Assembly (NCBI GenBank): GCA_964450375.1
Contig: CAYVEW010000001.1
Span: 9,512 to 73,511, forward strand
Length of the DNA: 64,000 nucleotides
Source: an uncultured Bacteroidales bacterium
GTDB taxonomy: Bacteria; Bacteroidota; Bacteroidia; Bacteroidales; UBA12077
Direction: 5' to 3'
Part shown: piece by piece, positions 11,284 through 19,487 of the stretch
How the letters are laid out: the number at the start of each line of letters is the position of its first letter
Numbering within the stretch: position 1 is the stretch's first letter
The notes under the pieces: model-generated
Told to the model about the DNA's origin: nothing
Seen by the model: the letters and a program-made list of their open reading frames with translations, nothing else
Databases searched by the model: none
Translations under genes and position numbers: made by a program

Positions 11284-12144
11284 CTATAAAACCGGAGAAT
11301 TTGCTTTTTTATCTTCTGTAAATTTAAGTTTAAAATAAAGCACCAGTGATAAAATCGGATAAAGTGGGTACATAATTGCCCCTGCGATTGAATTCATAAC
11401 AACCGACCAAACACCAATATCATAATTTTTTAAATTAATTGCATCCCAAAAACTGCCTGATTCTTTAAAATTATCGATAAAAATTATTACCAATGGAATT
11501 GACATTAAAGCACTCATAATAAAAGAAATAAGAACCATAATCAATGCAAATATTACAAAAGACCCAAGAGCAGGCCAAAAATCTTTATGACTTAACTGAA
11601 AACTTCGCACAATTGCTTCCAGGGCATTCTTTTCTTCAGCTACAACCACAGTTCCTCCAATGGTTAAAACTGTTCCTAAATAAAATAAAGCAACAAAGAA
11701 ACCAATAAATAAAGCAAGAATGCCAATAACTGCGCCGACAATATATATTAAAAACGACAGGATTAAGAAGAATACTACATGTACAGCATATTTACTCAAG
11801 GATTCTGTAATTAATTCTCCCATATGAACACTTTGAGAACTATCTTTTTTTAATACGAAATTGATGATTATAGTAAATAAAAAACCATATATAATAACGT
11901 AAGAAAGTGTTGCAATCAGTATTTCCTTTCGAAGTCCCATCATGATCGAAACCATTTCGTCAGGATCGGTAGCATTCACTATTTTATAAAAACCTAAGTG
12001 ATAAACCAATAACTGATAGAAAAAAATTGCCGTAAAACTTATAATAAATATCTTCCAGAAATTTTTAATATATGTGGTAAAAACTTCTGCAATAACATTT
12101 TCTACATCCATTACTTTGTATAAACTGTGCTTCTTAAACTCCAT
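11284..12144 (-). CDS. Polytopic membrane protein, unknown function
   Basis: 286-aa ORF with at least 6 long hydrophobic segments. No family recognised. Confidence 0.6.
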   Translation of the reverse strand: MEFKKHSLYKVMDVENVIAEVFTTYIKNFWKIFIISFTAIFFYQLLVYHLGFYKIVNATDPDEMVSIMMGLRKEILIATLSYVIIYGFLFTIIINFVLKKDSSQSVHMGELITESLSKYAVHVVFFLILSFLIYIVGAVIGILALFIGFFVALFYLGTVLTIGGTVVVAEEKNALEAIVRSFQLSHKDFWPALGSFVIFALIMVLISFIMSALMSIPLVIIFIDNFKESGSFWDAINLKNYDIGVWSVVMNSIAGAIMYPLYPILSLVLYFKLKFTEDKKANSPVL

Positions 12145-12324
12145 GGTTTTAAAATTTATGATTTCGCTAAAATAATGAAAATTTGTACAAACTAAAGTTC
12201 ATGAGTGTTTTTAAAGCAATAAAAAAGATTATTTCATTTTTATTAATTAAATACGAATACAACACTTTATTACTAAAATCTTTTTTATTAACTTAACATC
12301 CCGTAAAACAAAATTTGATTCGTC

Positions 12325-13320
12325 ATGGACAAACGCTCAAAAAGGAAATCAATTTACAGGCGTCTTTTTATAAAAGTTACTGTTGTGGTTCTATTATTAA
12401 ATATAATATTGGCCATAATAACCATTCAGGATGCCGTTAATATACAACAAACAAACGAACAGGAACTCCGCAATAAAATTAGAAATGAGATTATTGGGAT
12501 TAGCCAATTTCAAACTTCTGCATTAAAAACTTTCGAAAAATCATTTTATGATATTCAAAGGGATGCATTAGAAAAACTTACAAAAAAACGAAGCGCTGAT
12601 TTAAGATCTGCAAATTTGAATACAGAACTTAAATCGCTTGGTTTAGACACCGTTTTTCATGATTTATATATTATCGAAAATAATGTAGTTGTAAACACAA
12701 CCTACACAACAGATTGGGGTTTAGACTTTTCTGCTTTTGGCGATGAAAAAATTAATCACCTGAACCGGATTTTACGATCAAAAGCTTTTTTTGCTGAACG
12801 GTTTCAGTTCGAATCATCGACAAAAAGATTAAAATCATATTCGTATCAACCCACTGCAGATGGAAAGATATTAATTGAAATTGGCAGCTATTCGGAAGTT
12901 GCTGATAAAATAATGGAAATGTTTATAAATCGATTAAAACAAATAACCGCAGAAAATGAAAATATTGTTTCGGTTAATTATTGGTTCGGAAATATCGATT
13001 ATCAATTTCCATTAATTGATGAAGCTTTGAATCGATATATTCCTGATAGCCTAATCGTGAATACCTTTATTGAAAAAACAGATCAAAAGTCAACCTTCAA
13101 CATTAAAGATCAGAAGATGGATGCAGAGTTTATGTATGTTGAACAAGACCCATCAACAAGGTTACCAGATTTTACTTTATCGATTGTTACAGACATTACC
13201 AATAAAAACGAAACGGTTTTAAAAATTGTTAAACGACAAACTCTGTTTGCAGTAAGTTTTCTAATTCTTATTATCGGATCGATTTTTATTGCGATCACAT
13301 CATTAAAAAAACACGAATAA
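12325..13320 (+). CDS. Bitopic membrane protein with a large extracytoplasmic sensor-like domain and no output domain
   Basis: 331 aa. TM helix near the N-terminus (VTVVVLLLNIILAIITI), about 270 aa of soluble domain, then a second TM helix (LFAVSFLILIIGSIFIAITSL). The protein ends 4 residues later (KKHE). Confidence 0.6.
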   Translation: MDKRSKRKSIYRRLFIKVTVVVLLLNIILAIITIQDAVNIQQTNEQELRNKIRNEIIGISQFQTSALKTFEKSFYDIQRDALEKLTKKRSADLRSANLNTELKSLGLDTVFHDLYIIENNVVVNTTYTTDWGLDFSAFGDEKINHLNRILRSKAFFAERFQFESSTKRLKSYSYQPTADGKILIEIGSYSEVADKIMEMFINRLKQITAENENIVSVNYWFGNIDYQFPLIDEALNRYIPDSLIVNTFIEKTDQKSTFNIKDQKMDAEFMYVEQDPSTRLPDFTLSIVTDITNKNETVLKIVKRQTLFAVSFLILIIGSIFIAITSLKKHE

Positions 13321-13347
13321 AAACTATAATTGCAATTAACAATTATT

Positions 13348-13376
13348 AGCACAAGGTTTTCTTGTGCTTTTTTTTA
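13348..13376 (+). terminator. Rho-independent terminator
   Basis: AGCACAAG (13348-13355) / CTTGTGCT (13361-13368), 5-nt loop, followed by a T8 run. Confidence 0.85.
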
Positions 13377-13383
13377 ATCGGAA

Positions 13384-14643
13384 ATGGCTGCGAAGTTCGA
13401 AAAAAATATTCAGTACTATAAATTTAGTTTGTACGGTTTTTTAAAAAACTTACGTTTTTTTGAACCTTTTCTCTTTCTGTTTTTTATCGAAAAAGGAATT
13501 ACTTTTCTTGAAATCGGAACCCTGATAGCCATTCGAGAAATAATGGCCAATATCTTTGAAATTCCTTCTGGTGTGATAGCAGACTCATTAGGACGAAAAA
13601 GAACTCTGATCAGCTCATTTGTATTTTATATCATCTCCTTTGTGTTTTTTTATCTGGGAAATAAATACTCCATATTTGTTTTGGCCATGGTATTTTATGC
13701 TTTTGGCGATGCATTTAGAACAGGAACACATAAAGCAATGATCTTTGAATATCTGAAAAGAAACAATTGGGATCAACAGCGTGCAAGTTATTATGGCCAT
13801 ACCAGATCGTGGTCGCAAATGGGATCTGCAATATCATCGCTAATTGCAGCATTCATTGTATTTTATACAGGTAATTACACTGCCATTTTCTTGTTTTCCA
13901 CTATACCTTATTTACTCGACCTGTTTTTGCTCATAAGCTATCCTGGTTATTTAGATGGCTCACATAAAAAGTTAAACATTCATGTTATATTCAGAAAATT
14001 CATTACCATCACGAAAGATTTTATTTATAGTTTCAGGCATGTGAACATTATTAAAGCCATAAGCAATTTATCGGTGCATAGCGGATTGCATAAATCAACG
14101 AAAGATTACCTACAGCCAATAATTCAGGCATTTGCCATTTCGATACCTGTTTTACTGAGTTTATCAGAGAAGCAAAAATCAGCCATTATGGTGGGGTTCA
14201 TTTATTTTATACTCTATATTTTTACATCGTTTGCTTCAAAAAATGCAGGCCGTGTTCAAGAGTTGGTTAAATCAAAACAAAAAATATTAAATACCACCAT
14301 GTATATCGGTTTTATTCTAACTTTTTTTAGTGGAGTGTTTTATCATTATTCACTATTTACTTTATCCATTGTTTTTTATGTAGCCATTAGTTTAATTGAA
14401 AATCTCAGGAACCCCATTGGAGTTGCATTTGTAAGTGAACATTATAAAGATGAAATACTGGCCACCGCATTGTCAGCAAATTCGCAGGCTAAAAGTCTTT
14501 TTGCTGCCATAATTGCTCCTATCATAGGGTTTATCGCCGACAAATATGGAATTGGCATAGGCCTTTCTTTTATTGCGCTGATACTTTTGAGTATATCCAT
14601 CTTATTCAGGCTGAATACAAAAAATAAACTAAGCCAAGCGTAA
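13384..14643 (+). CDS. MFS-type transporter
   Basis: 419 aa with about 12 hydrophobic segments. 'GVIADSLGRKRTL' matches the MFS loop 2-3 motif (G-x-x-x-D-x-x-G-R-K/R). Confidence 0.75.
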   Translation: MAAKFEKNIQYYKFSLYGFLKNLRFFEPFLFLFFIEKGITFLEIGTLIAIREIMANIFEIPSGVIADSLGRKRTLISSFVFYIISFVFFYLGNKYSIFVLAMVFYAFGDAFRTGTHKAMIFEYLKRNNWDQQRASYYGHTRSWSQMGSAISSLIAAFIVFYTGNYTAIFLFSTIPYLLDLFLLISYPGYLDGSHKKLNIHVIFRKFITITKDFIYSFRHVNIIKAISNLSVHSGLHKSTKDYLQPIIQAFAISIPVLLSLSEKQKSAIMVGFIYFILYIFTSFASKNAGRVQELVKSKQKILNTTMYIGFILTFFSGVFYHYSLFTLSIVFYVAISLIENLRNPIGVAFVSEHYKDEILATALSANSQAKSLFAAIIAPIIGFIADKYGIGIGLSFIALILLSISILFRLNTKNKLSQA

Positions 14644-14690
14644 ACCTTTATTTAACTGAAATGTTTATATTTATAAAATACAATTAATCA

Positions 14691-15794
14691 ATGGCTTCTA
14701 AAAGATTATATACGGTAATTTGTTTGATATTTATACTTGTTTCATGGGATAAGCCTATCTATGCCGATGATCCAATTCTAAAAACAACAGAAAAAATAAA
14801 AATTAATGATGGGCCGTATATATTCATCGAAAATGAGAATCTTTTGGTTAAATGGATAAAAAACAACAAGCTTAAAGAAAGAAAAATCAACAATAAGAAC
14901 ACCAGATTCTTAAAAAGGAAATTTAATATCGAGTTACATCCCGAAATTATCAACGGAGAATTAAATTACACACAAGATTACAAAAATGTTGACAAGATAG
15001 TTGCAATTAGTGACATTCATGGCCAGTACGATTTAGCGTTACAGTTATTAAAAGTACATAAGGTAATTGATGAAAACAACAACTGGATATTCGGGAAAGG
15101 CCACCTGGTAATTTTAGGCGATATTTTTGATCGTGGAGATAAAGTAACGGAAATGCTATGGCTGGTATATAAATTGGAGCAACAAGCAGAAATTTTTGGA
15201 GGTAAAGTTCATTACCTAATAGGAAACCATGAACTTATGATATTCCACAACGATTTAAGATACATTCATAGTAACTACAAGCTGGTAAGTTTTATCCTTG
15301 GCCTTAATTACGCTGGTCTTTTTGAAGAAAACTCGATTCTGGGTAGTTGGTTAAGATCCAAACCTGCATTGGTAAGAATAAATAATATTTTATTTACACA
15401 TGCTGGCATTTCGCCTGAATTATTAGACTATCAATTGAGCAAGAGCGAAATAAACAGCCTTTTTATAAATGAGATATACCATAATGATATGATGCGTATA
15501 CTTAAAGATCCAACATTAAGCTTTTTTAATGGAACAAATGGGCCGATTTGGTATAGAGGATACTTTTCTCCTAATTTTTCTGAAGATAAATTAGATGAGA
15601 TATTAACGTATTTTAAGGTAAATCATGTTATAGTTGGACATACATCACTACCTAATATAGCATCTTTTTATAATGGGAAATTGTTAGGTATAGATTCGAG
15701 TATTAAACTAGGCGATTATGGAGAAATACTTTTTATCGATGTTAATACTTTTTACCGTGGCACATTGCACGGAGCATTGCTTAAGCTATTTTAA
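14691..15794 (+). CDS. Secreted metallophosphoesterase, PPP-family (Shelph-like) phosphatase motifs
   Basis: 367 aa with a signal peptide. Motifs 'SDIHGQ', 'GDIFDRGD', 'GNHE', 'THAG' and 'VGHT'. Confidence 0.8.
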   Translation: MASKRLYTVICLIFILVSWDKPIYADDPILKTTEKIKINDGPYIFIENENLLVKWIKNNKLKERKINNKNTRFLKRKFNIELHPEIINGELNYTQDYKNVDKIVAISDIHGQYDLALQLLKVHKVIDENNNWIFGKGHLVILGDIFDRGDKVTEMLWLVYKLEQQAEIFGGKVHYLIGNHELMIFHNDLRYIHSNYKLVSFILGLNYAGLFEENSILGSWLRSKPALVRINNILFTHAGISPELLDYQLSKSEINSLFINEIYHNDMMRILKDPTLSFFNGTNGPIWYRGYFSPNFSEDKLDEILTYFKVNHVIVGHTSLPNIASFYNGKLLGIDSSIKLGDYGEILFIDVNTFYRGTLHGALLKLF

Positions 15795-16843
15795 TTCCGA
15801 CATGTTCGCCTAAGTTCCTTCTTGATAAAATCATCGCCGTTCATTAAATTATAGAACTCTTCAATATACTTAATTGTTCTTCTTCTTTCTTTTTTGGATA
15901 GATATTCAAATGAATTAATCAAGTCATAAATCATTTCTTTCTTATCGTTAAATAAATCAATTGTTTTTTTATACTGCTCATCCGATCTGCACATTCCCAA
16001 ATAATACCTTTCTCTTACATCCTTTATTTGTAAAATATCTGCCGGATCGGCATATTCTGTATTAATAAAACCCGAGAAATCAAAATCATATGCTATTGGA
16101 ATGAGTAAAGATTGTGTGTGATCAATGGGTTTGAGTAGTTTTATATTGTGCCTTCCCTGAATAGTAAAATCCGTATTACCAATCATATACTGAAACATAT
16201 TCATTATATCTGTAGCATCGACCTGTGTATGCCTATAGTTTAAGATATCTTTCTCAATTGGCAAGCAATCGAGTCGTTGTGCTAATAAATCTTCAGGTTC
16301 AATTAAAAAGAATATTCTATCGAAGGATCTATTTCTTCGTCCTTCATCAATCAGTTTAAAATTAACCAAACGCACTCTAAAGCTATATGGAGTAATTAAA
16401 TTATATATTTTATAGATCAAATATTCCTTTAAAAGGTATGCTTCGTATCCTGTCACGTTTTTGCATAAAGTAACTACTTTCACTTTTTTTGCTCCCCCTA
16501 AATGTTGAAGGTCTATTCCAGATTTTTTCAACTTTAAAAAAAATGGCGGAAAATCACACATTCTTTGTCGCGAAACGCCTCTCATTTCAACTTCAACATT
16601 TTTAATAACCCTGGTAGAGTCATCAATAAAATAAGTTAGTTCAGCAGGATAATCTTTCTTTGGATTTTTTTTAGACCTGAATTCTGAAATATCAAATTTT
16701 AGTTGCAGCCTTAAGTTTTCATCATTATCAAAAAAATCTTGTGAGAATAATGAACTATCGGTTAAGTTTACATTTTGGCCAAAAGATCCATTGAATAAAA
16801 ATAATGTAGCAAAAAATAATAAACTTTTTATGAAATATTTCAT
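15791..16843 (-). CDS. Secreted CotH-like (atypical kinase fold) protein
   Basis: 350 aa with a signal peptide (FNGSFGQ). By-eye resemblance to CotH: 'VEMRGVSRQ...', 'LLKEYLIYKIYNL...RVRLVNFKLIDEG...FFLIEPED', 'MIGNTDFTIQGRHNIKLL...IPIAYDFDFSGF'. It sits next to VTC and DUF4956 genes, a known CotH neighbourhood. Not verified by HMM. Confidence 0.55.
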   Translation of the reverse strand: MKYFIKSLLFFATLFLFNGSFGQNVNLTDSSLFSQDFFDNDENLRLQLKFDISEFRSKKNPKKDYPAELTYFIDDSTRVIKNVEVEMRGVSRQRMCDFPPFFLKLKKSGIDLQHLGGAKKVKVVTLCKNVTGYEAYLLKEYLIYKIYNLITPYSFRVRLVNFKLIDEGRRNRSFDRIFFLIEPEDLLAQRLDCLPIEKDILNYRHTQVDATDIMNMFQYMIGNTDFTIQGRHNIKLLKPIDHTQSLLIPIAYDFDFSGFINTEYADPADILQIKDVRERYYLGMCRSDEQYKKTIDLFNDKKEMIYDLINSFEYLSKKERRRTIKYIEEFYNLMNGDDFIKKELRRTCRN

Positions 16844-16906
16844 ACCGTAAACCCCAAGAATATAGTTATTATTTAACTGATTTATGTCCCTTTTTACACG
16901 ATTCTA

Positions 16907-17578
16907 TTAATCCGATGGCATAGTTACATTCTTTGACGCATTTAACTTTTCCAGATAAATAATTAATTTCACCTGATCTCTAATAAAATCAACTTGGCCA
17001 ATTTCTGCTTTAGTAACTCTCAATCCAAAACGTTTAGATAAATCTATTAATAGTTCATCATATTTTTCAGGTTTTATTAAATCAGTTCTATCGTAAATTA
17101 TCTCCTTCTTAACATATTTTAATTTAGCAAGATATTTTTCTATTAAATACGCAATAAGCACGGTTAAAACATCTGTAATTATTAGTTCCGATAAACTAAT
17201 ATTTACATTTGCCAGCGAATTTTTCACCGACATACCTATTACAAGAAATAAATAGGTCATTTCGCGAGGGCGTATAGGATTTGTTCTATACCGCAAAATT
17301 CCGAATATAGCAAAGAGTCCAAGAGCAAATCCAATTCGCAAACTAACCGTTCCCAGTAACATGCAAATTTGAAATACAATAATACTGGCAATCATAAAAG
17401 TAAAAAAGTATTCTCGATCTCCTTTATTTCTAAAATACAGAAAATATGACGGAATAAATATCCAGAATGTATTGTATAGGAATCGGCCAATTAACTGCCA
17501 AAATTCTTCAGCGTGAAAAAACTCCAGACCAAAAATTTTGGTTGTTTCAATAGATGTTAAAATGAAATCAGTTATCAT
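16907..17578 (-). CDS. DUF4956-like membrane protein
   Basis: 223 aa with 4-5 TM segments. 'FGILRYRTNPIRPREMTYLFLVIG' resembles the DUF4956 'RFRT..kd.rD..flf' core. Its start overlaps the VTC gene stop by 11 nt. Confidence 0.65.
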   Translation of the reverse strand: MITDFILTSIETTKIFGLEFFHAEEFWQLIGRFLYNTFWIFIPSYFLYFRNKGDREYFFTFMIASIIVFQICMLLGTVSLRIGFALGLFAIFGILRYRTNPIRPREMTYLFLVIGMSVKNSLANVNISLSELIITDVLTVLIAYLIEKYLAKLKYVKKEIIYDRTDLIKPEKYDELLIDLSKRFGLRVTKAEIGQVDFIRDQVKLIIYLEKLNASKNVTMPSD

Positions 17579-18350
17579 AAGATATTTTATTTATTGTTGA
17601 TATTTTTTTATTAAATCGATTATGCTTTAATTCCGGGTTTATTAAAATATTACCAAGCACATACTTGCTAATCCCGAAAGGTCGAATTCTTAAATCTTTT
17701 AAAATTTTTGTAAACGGACTAACATCTCCTGATTTATTGCGTTTTACTTCAATAATCACCATATTCGGAACTTCAATCTCATTTTGGTTTTGCTCATCAC
17801 TAAAGCTAATATTTCTATCAATTGTCACTCTTTCAATATGGTTTTTACCAGCCAATGTAATACGATTAAACTTTGTCCAGATAGTTGGCTTAAAACCACT
17901 TTCCGGCATTTCAATCACTTTACTAATAAAACGTTGATGGTTTTGATTTAGTGAATTCGAGAATTCAAACTCATCTCTTTGCTTTATGGTTCGGTTAAAA
18001 TTTTTCTTCTTTTTTATTTCTAAAAACGTATCACCGGTATCTAAATAATTACGAAATCTTATTTTATAACGTATTCTTTTACCTTGGTGATGATCGAAAT
18101 AAGTTTTCAGATCTTTTGTGTCAAAATACAGCGATTCGTATTTAAAAGATCTTTCGTTATTTATGGCTTGAACTTTAAAATAAGGTTTTGCTTTGTTTAA
18201 TATCTCAGGCAATACAGATAAATTACAAATATATTTTGTATCAATTCGATTCAATAATTTATAATCGTTCAGATCTGCAAGGCTTATCGATTCAAATTGA
18301 TCAAGTATTTCAGTAATAAAAAAATGCATAATTAAATTTTCATTAACCAA
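17568..18350 (-). CDS. VTC-domain (polyphosphate polymerase-like, triphosphate tunnel) protein
   Basis: 260 aa. 'RIDTKY', 'SLYFDT', 'RIRYKIRFRNY' and 'FLEIKKK' are alternating basic beta-strand motifs of CYTH/VTC tunnel enzymes. Confidence 0.7.
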   Translation of the reverse strand: MVNENLIMHFFITEILDQFESISLADLNDYKLLNRIDTKYICNLSVLPEILNKAKPYFKVQAINNERSFKYESLYFDTKDLKTYFDHHQGKRIRYKIRFRNYLDTGDTFLEIKKKKNFNRTIKQRDEFEFSNSLNQNHQRFISKVIEMPESGFKPTIWTKFNRITLAGKNHIERVTIDRNISFSDEQNQNEIEVPNMVIIEVKRNKSGDVSPFTKILKDLRIRPFGISKYVLGNILINPELKHNRFNKKISTINKISYDN

Positions 18351-18407
18351 TGCACTAAAGTTAAAACATTTCGAAATACATCAAACCATTTTTAGTTTAA
18401 TTCTTAG

Positions 18408-19427
18408 TTAAAAAGGAAATCTTGCTAAAGGAGTTATATCCTGCGATGCGAATTCTTTATTCAGATATTTATAATATCCTGTAATAGCAATCATTGCAGC
18501 ATTATCCGTAGTAAATTTAAATTCGGGCAAAAAGGTTTTCCACTGATATTTTTGAGCCCGCTGTTGCAGTGCATTTCTTAAACCTGAATTTGCCGAAACT
18601 CCTCCAGCAACTGCAATTTGTTTTATGCCGGTTAATTTAACTGCCTTTTCTAATTTTTGCATCAATATTTCAACAATGGAATGTTGTATACTTGCACATA
18701 AATCCATCGTGTTCTCTTTTACAAAATTCGGATTTTCCTGAATGTTATCACGAATAAAATACAGGAAAGACGTTTTTAATCCACTAAAACTATAATCAAG
18801 GTCTTTTATTCGTGGTTTGCTAAAACTAAATTTATTTTTATCTCCTTGTTGCGCGTATTTATCAACAACCGGGCCTCCCGGATAAGGTAATCCGATTACT
18901 TTGGCGCATTTATCAAAAGCTTCGCCGGCTGCATCGTCAATGGTTTGGCCTATAATTTCCATGTCTAAATAATTCCTGACAACCACAATTTGAGTGTGGC
19001 CACCAGAAACCAGGAGACACAAAAAAGGAAATTCAGGATAATCTTTCTCTTTTTCTATTTCTTTTATAAAGTGCACTAAAATATGTGCCTGTAGATGATT
19101 TACTTCAACCAATGGGATATCCATTGCTAAAGAAAAAGACTTTGCAAATGAAGTTCCAACCAGCAAAGAACCTAAAAGCCCGGGCCCGCGTGTAAAAGCA
19201 ACTGCATCAATTTCTTTTTTTTCAACATGAGCTAATTTCAAAGCCTGATCAACAACCGGTATAATATTTTGCTGATGCGCACGAGATGCAAGCTCTGGAA
19301 CAACACCTCCATAGGTTTTGTGAACACTCTGATTTGCAATTAGATTCGAAAGCAAATAACCATCTTTTATTACTGCTGCAGATGTGTCGTCACAAGATGA
19401 TTCTATTCCAAGTATTGTAATGCTCAT
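18408..19427 (-). CDS. tsaD: tRNA N6-adenosine threonylcarbamoyltransferase
   Basis: 339 aa. 'ILGIESSCDDTSAAV', 'HQQNI', 'GPGLLGSLLVG', 'VNHLQAHI' and 'LLVSGGHTQ'. Confidence 0.95.
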   Translation of the reverse strand: MSITILGIESSCDDTSAAVIKDGYLLSNLIANQSVHKTYGGVVPELASRAHQQNIIPVVDQALKLAHVEKKEIDAVAFTRGPGLLGSLLVGTSFAKSFSLAMDIPLVEVNHLQAHILVHFIKEIEKEKDYPEFPFLCLLVSGGHTQIVVVRNYLDMEIIGQTIDDAAGEAFDKCAKVIGLPYPGGPVVDKYAQQGDKNKFSFSKPRIKDLDYSFSGLKTSFLYFIRDNIQENPNFVKENTMDLCASIQHSIVEILMQKLEKAVKLTGIKQIAVAGGVSANSGLRNALQQRAQKYQWKTFLPEFKFTTDNAAMIAITGYYKYLNKEFASQDITPLARFPF

Positions 19428-19487
19428 TTATTGCCAAGAATTTGAGTATTTTATAATTTTTTTTGCTTCTTTTGCGTTAGGTTAACA

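Noticed and set aside
12181-12190. Perfect 10-bp palindrome TTTGTACAAA in a divergent promoter region
   Set aside because: A single short AT-rich palindrome is expected by chance a few times in this much AT-rich intergenic DNA. There is no second copy or partner regulator.
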